64,000 nucleotides of DNA from positions 8,432,001 to 8,496,000 of the forward strand of contig NC_092680.1 in the NCBI RefSeq assembly GCF_964355755.1, written 5' to 3'. Numbering within the stretch: the first letter of the stretch is position 1; every line of letters starts with the position of its first letter. Positions 38,501 through 50,306 of the stretch are shown here, one piece after another. The stretch is from Antedon mediterranea. Its lineage: Eukaryota; Animalia; Echinodermata. Under the pieces are notes generated by a model. The model was not told the origin of the DNA. It saw only the letters and a list, made by a program, of their open reading frames with translations, and ran no database searches. The position numbers and the translations under genes are program-made.

Positions 38501-41500
38501 ATTGTCTACTTGACTAGACATCCTAACACTAACATTTAAATGTGTAGGCACCAAAGATACCTGGTAAACCTGAGCATGTTTGACCTAAAGTAAAAGTATC
38601 CTTTTCTTGGTGCATAATGGGTTGTTTTGGTCAAAACGGTCAAAATGTCAATTTTCAGACTTAAAAATTACTAAAATAGGTGAATAAACTAAAAAATATT
38701 GGGGCCACAAAGTTTTGAAAATTGTTTTAATGCACTGTATTGATCTTTTTATCAAAGTATCGAAAATTAGCCTTTTCTACTATAAATGTATGTGGTACAG
38801 TACATAAAAATAATGACCGTCTGTGTTTTGCCAGAGCAAAATACAACCCTCTATGATCTGTGACTATTGTTACAGTTACAGACCAATATGCCAAGAAAAT
38901 GATTGTGTGCAAATGCTAAGTGTAGATAATGAGAAAGTATAATTATGTCTCTAAGGAAATGCTTTAAATGTCACACTTAAATTATATGCAGATTTCAGTA
39001 TTTCTTTACTAATTTTTTTTCTGAAAACTTATCAACTGTAAATTTAAATTGCATATAAATCATTTTCTTAATAGCAAGATAGATGATTTAAGTAGAGTTC
39101 TTCGGTGTCATATACACAATTTTCAAAATGACAAAAATGCGTTTAGACAAAGTTTATTGTTTGCCATTAGCTTTTCATCCAAACAAGTGATATTCCGTTT
39201 TTGCGATATTCTCCACTGCTTTATAGACTAAGACCGTACATGAATGTGTTAAAATGCCACTGAAAATACAGCTCTTCTTTTAAAAGGAGCGTGATTGATT
39301 ATAATGAGTTCAAAAATTTGACGATCCTTAATCCAGACTTGCAAACACCACTGATTAACACAACATTCATGAATGTTGTATTTAAGTTGTTGTCATTTTG
39401 AATATTTTTGTATATACTGTAAACATATACAGACGTTAGAAGAAATTCTAAACCGGCCGGTGATATACTGAATAATAATGGATTAATTTGTAACGATAAA
39501 GATAAATAAATCTGTGAAAATGAGAACAATCCTTCCCGACCAAGAATCGAACCTGGAACCTTCTGTAGATGTCCTAACCATTAAACTGGGGGTTTCATCA
39601 TATTGTTCAAATTTGATTGAATAGCGGCTCTTTAACACCCTCGCTGTGGTTCAGCAAAACAGCACTATTTTTTAATATAATAAATACATCATGCTAACAT
39701 GTTTTATTTTGTACATAACTTTGGTTTTGTCAAGTACATAGAGAAAGAAAAAATATTTACTATTCAATTCAATTCAATTCAACTTTATTTCAGACAAACT
39801 GTCCATATATTATTGATTACTATAGTTTACAAAAACAACACATTATTATGGCTATACTGATACTAGTTAACACACGTAAAAGTATACATGAGATTATATA
39901 TACAAAAGTTCTGTCCATTTTCTATTGCAACTTTGAATCTTTTAGAATACGAGAAAAAACACATGTAATTAAAGTATTACAGCTTTTTTCAATTTTTTTT
40001 TTTTCTATGTTGTTTTCTTGATTTCTAGGTACAAAATAATTCGACGAAGGGTGATTAATGTTGTAGGACAGTGGTTGGATGTTAAGCTGTCGCCTAGTCT
40101 TCACCCGTTGGTATACCAAGCAGTCTTACCCCTCTTGTCACCCCAGGAGGATCTTGTGGTGAGGATCACTGCAGCAAAGACTCTCAAAATTGATATCCTT
40201 TATCCAGTCCTATTTACATTGACAGATCAATGGTTGTCATGACCTGTCCCATTAATGGTAAAATGTCACATGAGTGTGTAAAACAATATGTTTTCTTAAT
40301 GTACTTAGTAACCACACCAGTTCATATCATTCTGTGCTTTAGAGATTGGTTAAAGATTATTTTAATATATAACAACAAATGTTTACGTGTTTGTTGCCAA
40401 GAATTTCAAACACTAAAGAATCCACTTTGGTATGATAGTAAAATCTGGACTGAGATTGGGTATTGGTAAATCACCAGGTTTCCATATTAACTGCTGTGGC
40501 ACCATCAACGTTTAATAAAAAAGGAGTTCCATAAAACCATCACATTTTACAAATTTTTTCCTTAATTCTATCTTTACCTATTGATGACTTTGAATTCAGG
40601 TCAGAAAACTTTGAACCAGTAAGTACACTAAAAACATTACAATTATAAAGAACCCTTCAGGGGGTTTGTAATGGCAATGGTTTTGTAACATGTAAAAGCA
40701 TCCATCTGCTAGAGCAATGTGTCCACCTGGAAAGAAGGGTGTTTAATTTAAAGGTATATTGTCCCCCTGAATAATTTTTTTTTCAATTGTTGACTATTAT
40801 GCCATTTTATTGTTGTATAATAGTAATTCACTTTGAGCAAATATTGTATAAAAAATTATATATATATTTATTTTTAAAACCGTAATTTAATAAAATATAT
40901 TTACATATAAAATATTTACATCAATCAGTAACATTTTTGTTTTCTTCTTTTTTTTTCATCCAGTACCTTGAGACAAGTTTTTCTCTGTTGTTCCAACTAC
41001 TACAGCAAGTATCGGAATGTGATACCAAGGTAAAGATAAATGTGTTATTAATCCTCTATGGGCCCGTTTCTGCTGCCAACCCAAAATATACCGTATAAAT
41101 ATACCGTATAAATATACCGTATATATACCGTATATGAAATTCGTGCACCGTTTCCGCTGCACATACTTCGTGGGTGGGTTGTAAAAAAGTTGGCTTTCAT
41201 TACCCAAAATGCATTTCGTGAGACGGAAGTATGGATTGACCTCGTGTGGTGAGGTTTTTACCTACCGGTACATGCTGACAAAAACAAAACAATGATGGTT
41301 TCTCAAAACGTCGTAGCATTGCTTTCTATTTTAAATCTAATGAGCAGAAGTGGCAACGAATTTACACCGCACATACAAGCACAATCTAGAAATGTCACTA
41401 TAAATAAACTCTGTTATTCAAATTGAGTTTATATTATGCTATATTATCCTATATTGCCGTTTTAGTTTCCATTTTCTATTATACAGTATTTTACCATGAT

Positions 41501-44500
41501 TTTACATCACGTTGTCGTGTAAGAACATTCGATTTATTGTAATTAAAATCTCGGTATCTCTTCTGTTGCCATGCAGTCTCCCCCCAACTTTCGCTTCCCC
41601 CCACAATTGAATTGCAAAAATAGTGATTTGTTCGGTCCACAGTGACATTTTGATCTGTTGCTTGCTTTTACACGTGTTTTTCAACTTTCAATGCAGCAGA
41701 AAAACCAAAACAAACGAGTCGCGCTCTGTTAGTTTTTGACCTCGTGTCATGAGTCGGGTCACATTTACGGTATATTTTGAGTGCAGCAGAAACGGGGAAC
41801 GAAATATACGGTATATTTTGGAATATACCGTATAATATCCACAAACGATGGGGATATTTATGCAGTATATATACCGCAAATATATACGGTATATTTTTTA
41901 TGAGACCCATTTCTGCTGCCAAAAAATATACCGTATATAAAATATACCGTATATATACGGTATATTTTTGGCAGCAGAAACGGGGCCTATGTGTGTAATA
42001 CAAGCAAAGAGGTTATACAGTACTACAAGGTCAACTCCAATTTAATCATACTGTAGTTCAAAAAGCAAGTCAGCAGTGTTTCTTATCTGTAATAGATCTG
42101 TACATTTTCTTTATTTCTTAGATGCATGTATTACATGTTCTATCATTTGTTATTGAAAGATCTGGAGCATGTGTAAGTATTCTATACTTAACTTGTAAGT
42201 GTGTACTTGTTCTATGACTGCTTGAAAAGAAAACATGTATGGGCTGAAATGGTCTCACTTTGTTTTTTTAATATTAATCCAAAGGAAAATTACTTTAAAA
42301 AAGGTCAATGCTGTGGTATCAGGGGCTGGATATCAATGGAGATACAAATAAAATAAGCAAAAAGCTATATCAAAGCGATAAACCTTTTGGGCAACACTAG
42401 CCCTTCATAATAATATATAAAAACAAAACGATGATAACGTCTACATTATTATTATTAAAAATAATATATTTATTTAAAAATACTATTCAAATATTGTTTC
42501 TATTTAAAATTAAAAAAAATGTTGTATAACATAGTCATAAACATAATTTGTATTTTTATGTGTAAGTAAATTTGAGAAAACTAGGAAAAAATTCAGGTCA
42601 CTAGTCTGCCGTTCATACGCCCAAGGAAGCAGTAGATATTGCACTAACAGCATGATAATTTAAGCTACTTTGATGTAGTCACTAAAATTATCATCCGTTT
42701 AGTAGTAAAGTTTCAGAACATCTTGAAAAAACAAATATTACAATATTTTTGTTTAAGGTACAACCACATGTATCGCACCTTGTACAATATTTACCTTTGC
42801 TTTGGGAGGAATCGAGTGAACATGACATGTTAAGATGTGCTATCTTATCGACGCTTGTTCATCTTGTTCAGGTAAGATTAGTCTTTTTGTGTACAACTGG
42901 ATTTACAGGCTCTGTAGAAGCTGGCCTGACATTTTTTTATTTGACAAAATGTTGGCAAAGTATTTGCCAAGTATTATGCTTGCTTTGTGCAATGTTTGTT
43001 TGCACCAACCTACTCACTACACTAGTTAGGTCTTGTTAATTCATTGTGCACCACGTGGGCGAGGATAGCATAGAGCAGATGGGATTGGCAGAAGCATGAG
43101 GAGGGCTACATCCGACAGGGGATGATACAGCTAAACTGAACTGAATTCATTGTGCACACATTTTTTCACAGTTTTGTAATGACAAATTTTAATAATCATA
43201 TAATGTTGTTACATTTTTTATATCTGCTTTAATTATTTTTTTAAAATAGGTTTTTTGTTAAAATGTACACCACATGCAATTCGCAACTGCCAATTGTAAT
43301 TTTAATAAAATGAAATACAGTTTTAGCATCAAAACATATTTTCCATCATTTGTTTAATGGAAAGTGTCTCTTAAAGGGGGTGGCCCAAAAGAGGAGTTCT
43401 ATGATTGTCATTATTCTGAAATTAATAGTATTTATTATTTCTTGTAGAGTCTTGGTACCTTAAGTGTTAACTTATATCCATTCCTGATTCCAATCATTAA
43501 GTTCAGCACAGACTTAAATCAGCCTCCTCATGTCTACCTACTGGATGATGGCATTGAACTCTGGCAGGAAATGTTAAGGTGTGCTCCTTCACTCACACCT
43601 GATATGCTTCAACTATTTGATAACATGCCACCATTATTAGGCAAGTTTATAATTAATAATGTAAAAACCCACCTTTGATTTTTAAAATATAAAATTATCA
43701 GAATCTGTAAACTTATTAAAACTATTTAAGTAATTTCAATAAGTAATTTTCAAAATTTATTTAAAAAGTAGAATCCATATTTAAAGGATAACTTTGAACT
43801 GTACAATTTATATCCTACCTCTTAATAACGTTTACTGTATTAAAAATGTAATTTTCACATGTATTATTTAATTTACTCATATTTCTTATAGAACTTGGAA
43901 GTGAGAATTTAAAGAAATGCTTTATGATCACAACTTCCTATCTTCTTCTGAATCCTGAAGAATTTTTAAAGGTATTATGATTGATTGATTATTAATATCT
44001 GTTTATTATATCAAATCAGAATTTGAACAGTTGAGCTGTAGCTTGGTATTACTATTGTCTTGCAAGGTCTAGTACAGCATTGCCATTGTTTTAACTGTTT
44101 ACACTCGACTACCTAAGCCTCAAATGGGATATAGTTATATATGAACTTAATAAAAAATAAGCAAATGAATGAATCTAAAATCCATTACACCTTGTAAATT
44201 TAAATTTCTTCTCTGTTTCAGACGTATTCACATGTTATTTTCCAAGGTTGTGCTAATCTAATTCATGAGTTAAAGCCAGAAGGGGTTGTTGTTATCTGTA
44301 AAGTAATGTATACATATTATTTATTAACTAAAATATATATTGTACAATTTTCAAACAAACTTTTTCATATATATATATATATTTCTTTTTTAATAGCTGA
44401 TTGAAACAGTATTTAAACTTTTCCCAATCCGTGGACCAGAAATTTTCCGGCCATTGCTTCCAACGATATTTGAGGGTATACTTGAAAAGGAGGTGATTAT

Positions 44501-46867
44501 AATTATTATAAAATATTTAAAAAATTATGCAATTTCAAATTCATGTATGCATTTGATTTACCTGTTTCAGTAGTGTTTAGTTGTAAAATACAGTACAACA
44601 TTTTTATTTTTTAATAATTTTAACCATATTTAATGAGGTGATCCATCCAGCATTTGCTGATCATTTAGGACCCTCAGAACAGATACAATATACAAAATAC
44701 AACAAAAACAGAAAAGAAAAACAAAAACCAAAAAATAAAATTAATTACATAAGACTACAAATCTAAAAAGAAAAATGTTAAATTAAGCAAAAATATATAA
44801 TATATATATAATATAAATATTTAAATCTACCTAAACTATTAGGTAAACGATAGTTGTTTTCTGGTTGCCATGAACTGTACTTAATTTTGATTTTCACTTT
44901 CTTGTCTAGTAAGTTGGCATAAAAATGGGGTCTACAAGATTACAATTCACTCAAGCAAACTAGCGATTTGCTTTAGAAAATTTAAAACATTAACTTTTTA
45001 TAATTATTTGAAGAAAAAAATGTTATATATGCATAGGAATAAGTTTAACAGTAACCAACATGTTAAATAACTAAATGTTGTGAAATATATCTTCTTTTTA
45101 CAGGCTTATCCAATCCTGATGTCTATATACTTATCACTATTTGCAAGACTAATCCTTAAAAATCAATCGTTTTTCTTCAAATTTTTGGAAGAAGTAGGAA
45201 CTATGTGGAATCAACAGGTAATGGTCCAATGCAACATTTTTTAAATCTAAATTTTGCAATTTTAAACCCTGATATTTAGTTATGAAATGTCATGATTTCT
45301 TTTAGTTTTCATCTTGTAGCATTTTGTTAATTTTCAGCTCTTTTAGCTATGTGGATCAATTTATATTCCTGCTTGTGTGCTGCTACAGGGCAAAACAATT
45401 CCTATGACCAATATTTCTCAAAGAAAGGCTTTCAATTTTCTTAGCATTCTAATTTATATTTAACTGTTCAAATCTATTGTATTATTTTTTTCGATCCAGC
45501 CAGAAGACATTTTAGAACAACTGTTGAGCTTTTGGTGCGAGTATATGGTGAAGATAACTCAGCCAGAGAGACGCAAGCTGACAGCACTTGCATTCACTAC
45601 TCTATTGCCATGCACATCAAGGTTTGTACTGTATTTAATACCTGGTCGCTGGTTGCACCGGCCTAGGCTAGCATTTAATACACTTTTGCAGCTTGGCCAA
45701 TATTGTCAAAATAAACTGATTTTTCAGGTGACAAACCTATTAGGAAACACGTTGTGGGGTCCTGAAGTTGTCCCCTTGATAGGATTCTACTATATTGTTT
45801 CTTAGTAGCCTTGTTATTTTTTTTGTAGGGCTGTGGTCACACTTTTTCCTGATTTGTTTTATCCAATTGTCGAGGTGTTTCATGATGTCATGAGAGAAGA
45901 CAATGGCTCTCAATTTGAGTAAGTTTAAACAAATACGCATCATTTGTGTGAACAAGTTGTTACACATTGGGATGAAAGGCCACACTTTTAGTAACAAAGT
46001 GGTAGGGATGAAGCCCAATGATAAACAGCAGTGAAATGGACAAACACTAGGGTACAGCCTACAAATCTGTGTATTTGTAAAAAATCGATTTTTAATGGTG
46101 GGTTGGACTATAAATGCAATGTCTTCTTTCTATTTTTTCTTTCCGTGTTTTAGTTATCTTGTGATGGGAGATAGGGATGACCTTGATGATGAATATGAAA
46201 CCGAACATGACAAAAGAAAACGACAGGTACCAGTTTCAGTTTTCATTATTGTACTGTATAAACTAATTCATTAGCAACTACTGCTTCTAATTGTAGCCAT
46301 GTGTTGTTTATCTTTTATATACAGTATTTTGAAATGGTAAATATTGAATTGAAACTGAATTATACATTTATTATTTTTTGATATCCAAGAAAAATAACAA
46401 ACAGTGTATAATTTTTACTAGATTTTTACTGGCTGATAAGTTTTAATAATTAAACAACTTTGTCTAGTTATCTGACAAACACATTTTGCTCCTGTTATCA
46501 GTTAACATAAAGCACCCTTTTGTTGTCACAATGCGACAATATGTAGCTGTCCAGTCAAAAAGTCATTCTGTACACTTATGAGAATGCCAGACTGGCTGTT
46601 AGACTCAATAGCTGTGTGATGTGTTGTGAAGACAATAGGTTGCTAATAGTGATTGTAATAAACTTTAATATATAATATTATTTCATATGTAAAAAAAATA
46701 ATTTTCAGCTTTCATTGCAAGACCCTGTATTCAATACTCCACTACACGAGTACACCAGAGCCCAACTGATGGTGTGTGAACAAGCTTTTGGTGCAGAAAG
46801 GTTTCAATCTCTAATAGGCAGTGTGGACAAGGAAATCAGGGAACAGTTAGAAGAGTTTTTAAAATGA
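29596..46867 (+). CDS. IPO11: Importin-11 (importin-beta family nuclear import receptor), 26 coding exons, 966 aa
   Basis: Exons with consistent phases: 29596-29733, 30390-30490, 32260-32536, 33121-33253, 34099-34157, 34311-34359, 34525-34592, 34969-35196, 36263-36424, 36810-36897, 37477-37524, 37871-37976, 40029-40192, 40578-40618, 40964-41029, 42122-42172, 42758-42871, 43448-43640, 43892-43971, 44222-44302, 44397-44492, 45104-45217, 45500-45621, 45829-45918, 46154-46226, 46709-46867 (2901 nt). Peptides match vertebrate IPO11 as I recall it: LKPAEQKLKSWEIQPGFY, NVRWLAVLYFKNGIDRYWRR, WENDPEDF..SWKYGLRPCTE, VYNAVGLSAFELYDEVDFDQWF, ECDTKMHVLHVLS, QYLPLLW..MLRCAIL, ITQPERRKL. Confidence 0.96.
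29750..29918. mobile_element. Probable decayed MITE in IPO11 intron
   Basis: Repeated and inverted motif GGACATCCCTATT(C/A)AGGGGA / GTGTCCCCTTAATAGG. Confidence 0.4.
29942..30255 (+). mobile_element. tRNA-derived SINE with Deu/Nin-like central domain and (AAAC)n tail
   Basis: A-box TGGCCGAGCGG and B-box GGTTCGAGGCTC. The central block GGATAAGGACTATAAACCGTAGGTCC..TTAAAGAACC..TTTCGAGACGAGTAGGGGGTTACCCCGGTGT resembles the Deu domain as I recall it. The tail is a microsatellite, and a second copy lies at 12265-12490. Confidence 0.8.
31088..31415. mobile_element. Kolobok-like MITE, copy lacking the left TIR
   Basis: Colinear with 8367-8691 (AAACATGAAAAATGAAGATT..TGGCAGCCAA..CAGGGGGACAATACATCT|TTAA). 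Confidence 0.75.
31921..32033. repeat. 57-bp perfect tandem duplication
   Basis: AATACAAGATACGACTCGTATATAAACTTCTAATATTAATATATAATACATTCAGT starts at both 31921 and 31978. Confidence 0.9.
39300..39592 (-). mobile_element. Possible tRNA-headed SINE remnant
   Basis: The minus strand shows GTTTAATGGTTAGGACATCTAC..CCAGGTTCGATTCTTGGTCGGG (A/B-box-like) at ~39535-39590. The 3' extent is uncertain. Confidence 0.4.
40193..40577 (+). other. U12-type (minor spliceosome) AT-AC intron of IPO11
   Basis: 5' site ATATCCTTT (40193), branch site TTCCTTAAT (40558-40566), 3' AC (40576-40577). Splicing gives ..TLKI-A-IDDFEF.., in frame with the IPO11 motif TLK..VDDFEF. Confidence 0.93.
40753..40860. mobile_element. 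Kolobok-like MITE fragment (inverted)
   Basis: TTAA|AGGTATATTGTCCCCCTGAA.. matches the reverse complement of the right end of the 8348-8691 and 31088-31415 copies. Confidence 0.55.
41060..41987. mobile_element. PIF/Harbinger-type MITE, 928 bp
   Basis: TIRs GGGCCCGTTTCTGCTGCCAA / TTGGCAGCAGAAACGGGGCC, a 3-bp TSD TAT (41057-41059, 41988-41990) and arrays of ATATACCGTAT sub-terminal motifs. Confidence 0.85.
43052..43143 (+). mobile_element. 5'-truncated retroposon (RTE-like LINE 3' end), 92 bp
   Basis: Perfect 14-bp TSD AATTCATTGTGCAC (43038-43051, 43144-43157), an (AACTG)n tail and the residual peptide RWDWQKHEEGYIRQ. Confidence 0.75.
43641..43891 (+). other. GC-AG intron of IPO11
   Basis: The donor is TAG|GCAAGT. 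Splicing yields NMPPLL-E-LGSENL, colinear with the vertebrate IPO11 sequence as I recall it. Confidence 0.85.
44615..44845 (-). mobile_element. Retroposon 3' end sharing its tail with the SINE at 28626-28900
   Basis: The reverse complement of 44621-44677 matches the SINE tail, while the upstream T-rich sequence differs from the SINE body. Confidence 0.55.
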
Positions 46868-47814
46868 AGCAACTGCTACCAACAGTATCAATGAGAACAT
46901 TAAAATAATTAATACTTACTTACTACACATTTTCAGCAATGTGCTAGCCAATATTTTAAAGATCTTGTTATAAGGTACCAGCATGTACATGTATGTACTG
47001 AGATCTAAACTAATATTATGGAATTAGCTACATGCTAATCCACCAATGATGAATATATCTATACATAAAGGCCCAATTATACTTTAAATTTAGATGATAA
47101 ATTAGATAAAACACACAAAAAACTATGTCTATTTATCGTCGATCGTTATCGTCCTAGTGTGTTAGCAGCCTTTAGTAATGTGTTTGGTTATATGATGGTT
47201 GTTGGAAGTGGATTCAACTTTAGTCCAGGAATAAATTTAACTTTAATGAATACAGGCATAACTTACAGTTAACAGTGTGTGGATATAAACTGTTATAATG
47301 CTGGATGGCATAACCAATGGAAGAAGCCATTTAATTTGGGTTAGAAACAACGTTTTTCCTATTGTGTTTTGAACATGCCAACAAGTAATGCATAATATTG
47401 ATATTTACCATCCTGTTATTAATCTATTTTTAATGTACAGTAACAATAATTCTGATTTTGTTTAAACTCGGGATGTTACATGATAGCATCCTTTGAAGCA
47501 TATTTTAAGATTTAGGGTTTGCAGACTGCAGTAAAAAAAGATGGTAATTGTGAATGTTTAGGGTTGCAGACTGATTGTTTTACTGTAATAAACATTGTAT
47601 AGGGGCCATGCGTTGTAAAGAACATTATACTTAAGGTGTCATTTTAATATTATATGAAATAATGTATTCAAATTATTATAATTTCGCATTTTTTGTTACT
47701 ACTAAATGATCATTTTAATCATCATTGTATAAATCTTTATTCTTATTTATTTCTTTCTCTAAAGATTTTGTGTATGTTGTGTTGGAGAATGTATATGGTG
47801 GTGATACCATATAT

Positions 47815-47886
47815 GTCTCTGTGGTCTAGTGGTATGATACTCGCCCTGTAAGTGAGAGGTCGCAGTTTCGAATCCCGCCAGAGACA
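47815..47886 (+). pseudogene. tRNA-like cloverleaf (pseudo-tRNA or repeat head) followed by T6
   Basis: Acceptor stem GTCTCTG/CAGAGAC, A-box TGGTCTAGTGG, anticodon stem CTCGC/GTGAG with loop CCTGTAA (TGT) and T-loop TTCGAAT. Against function, it has C at position 33 and two T-stem mismatches. TTTTTT follows at 47887-47892. Confidence 0.6.
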
Positions 47887-48154
47887 TTTTTTCATACAAC
47901 TAACAAATATGGAACTTTTGACAGCTAGTTGGGGGAAGTGGACTGGATGGGTGAGGGGTGTCTCTAGTCAAACTGTAGCGGGGTCTGTGATAGGTCATTT
48001 GGTATTCCTTACAATGTGCTAAATGATATGATATTGGTTGCTGGTGGTATCTTACAAATATAAGATAGCCTACATTAGTTAGGGGGAAGGGGAGGGTCTC
48101 TAGTCAAACGTGATGGTGTCTTCTGAATATTAATTCAGCCCACCCAACTATCAA

Positions 48155-48335
48155 ATTTAATGTAGAACAATCCACCGCTAATGTAGTAAAACCTCCAGCT
48201 AATGTAGAAACACCAACAGCTTATGTAGTAAATAAAAATCAACACCAGCTAATGTAGAAACAATCAACAGCTTATGTAGTAACGAAAATTGCCTCCCAGC
48301 TTATGTAGTTACTGTCGCCAGCTAATGTAGAAAAT
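48155..48335. repeat. Minisatellite of CAGCT(A/T)ATGTAG motifs, ~8 copies, period ~21-29 bp
   Basis: The motif is visible at ~48175, 48196, 48217, 48246, 48268, 48297 and 48319, with a degenerate copy at ~48158. Confidence 0.8.
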
Positions 48336-48432
48336 GTTATATATTTTTCAAAAATGTCTAAATGCATCGATCTTTACTTAGCTATCAGTCTTTCTACCTC
48401 TCGTCAGCATCCATCTCTGTTAAGGGACCGCT

Positions 48433-50306
48433 CAGGGGTGGCGCCAGGATCTTCCCGACGCGGGGGCTACATTCCCCGACGAGGGGGCTATGCGAGCATC
48501 ACAAGGCTGGGGGCCAGGGGGCCGCCAAGGGCCCCCGGAAGCAACGCGTTCTGGCGTCATTTGAGGTCATTTTAATCAGATTTAGGGTAGCCATTTTTTC
48601 CATTTTTTATAATGCATAAATAAAATACTGCGTGCAAAAAAACGATGCGCGATGACTGTTTCAATCCATATTTTTCAATTTAAAAAATAAAAGTTCAAAG
48701 AAAATTTAGAAAAATAGAGTTGGAGGTCCTGGAAATTGGACTTATATACTTCAAAACATGAAACAAAATATATAAGTCCCTATCATGGTTGTGACTGAGC
48801 TAAGAAATGTTTGAAAAATAGAGATGTTAGGTCCCGGAAAATGCACTTCTTGTACTTCGAAATATGACCAGCTTTATTGTTGGGGCTGAGCTAAGAAAAT
48901 GTTTAAAACTAGAGCTGCAGGTCTTCAAAAAATTGCATTTTATACTTTGGAAACATCAGGCCCAGAGGCTTAAAAAACGCAAGCGTAGACCTTTTTCAGT
49001 CGGGGAAATAAGTTTATTCCTCCCAAGTGTATGCCTGCGTACCATCTGGACTTCCGAGTGGTGAGAAATTCATGACATACAGGACATTGAAAATTTAATA
49101 ACTTAGCTATAATAAGATGTTGGCTAAGCGAAAATGGCATGTTTTTTTGTTTAGTAATGGATGAAATATTTATTTTAGGTGCCCCACGGTACAGAAGGTT
49201 ACTTGTAAATTAAAAAATTGGTGAACATACGAACAATTAACATAATTCGTTTTTGCTGTAGTGTAGCGCACGTCGACACAGTACACGACGTAACCGTCGG
49301 TAAACTTCGCCTGGAAAATAACTACAGTACACATTTTGGTCCCTGGATGGAACATGATATCACGACCCAACGTTGAACGATTCGTACAAAGGGATACCGC
49401 CAGACAAGTGCGTACCTATAGCTATTGTTTAGTAGTAAGTTAGATCGCTGGCAATAATGAATGCATATAAAGTGCATAATATCACTCTGACGTACTCTCA
49501 CGGTCAATGAAACGTCGAGGTTTTCTAGGCGCTGAAGCTACGAAGTGAACGCGAACGAATTATATTCCCCGACAAAAAGTACCTGAACCGTCGGTAAACT
49601 TCGCCTGGAAAATAACTACATTACACATTTTGGTCCCTGGATGGAACTTGATATCACGCGTCTCGACCCAACGTTGAACGATTCGTACAAAGGGATACCG
49701 CCAGACAAGTGCGTACCTAGCTAATGTTTAGTAGTAAGTTAGATCGCTGGCAATAATGAATGCATATAAATTGCATAATAGCACTCTGACGTACTCTCAC
49801 GGTCAATGAGACGTCGCGGTTTTTTAGGCGCTGAAGCTACCAAGTGAACGCGAACGTTTTTTACTGTATATTATATTCCCCGACAAAAAGTACCCGTGTT
49901 CCCTTCGGTAACCGTCAGTAAACTTCGCCTGGAAAATAACTACATTACACATTTTTGTCCCTGGATGGAACATGATATCACGCGTCTCGACCCAACGGTG
50001 AACGATTCGTACAAAGGGATACCGCCAAACAAGTGCGTACTAGCTATTGTTTAGTAGTTAGATCTCTGGCAATAATGAATGCATAAAAGTGCATAATAGC
50101 CCTCTGACGTACTCTCACGGTCAATGGAACGTCGTGGTTTTCTAGGCGCTGAAGCTATATGAAGTGAACGTGAATTTTTTTTACTGTATGTTATATTCCC
50201 CGACAAAAAGTACCCGTGTTCCCCAACGGGGGGGGGGGCTAGGCTCCCCGACGAGGGAGCTAGAGCCCCCGTAGCCCCCCCCCCCCCCCCGCTGGCGCCA
50301 CCACTG
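48433..50306. mobile_element. Non-autonomous hAT-type DNA transposon, 1874 bp
   Basis: 15-bp TIRs CAGGGGTGGCGCCAG / CTGGCGCCACCACTG (14/15), a perfect 8-bp TSD GGACCGCT (48425-48432, 50307-50314) and GC-rich subterminal CCCCGACG motifs. There is no transposase ORF. Confidence 0.88.
49292..50223. repeat. Three near-identical ~300-bp tandem units inside the hAT element
   Basis: Units start with AACCGTC(G/A)GTAAACTTCGCCTGGAAAATAACTACA at 49292, 49586 and 49910 (periods 294 and 324 bp). Confidence 0.93.

Noticed and set aside
38300-39290. Repeat-like kilobase in the long IPO11 intron (similar impression for ~330-1340)
   Set aside because: I could not identify TIRs, a TSD or coding motifs by eye.
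47815-47886. Functional tRNA-Thr(UGU)
   Set aside because: It has C instead of U at position 33, two T-stem mismatches including the conserved G53, and a body unlike Thr tRNAs.
48155-48335. Short repeats with variable spacers resembling a CRISPR array
   Set aside because: The repeat is ~12 bp with ~9-17-bp related spacers, the context is eukaryotic and there are no cas genes. It is a minisatellite.
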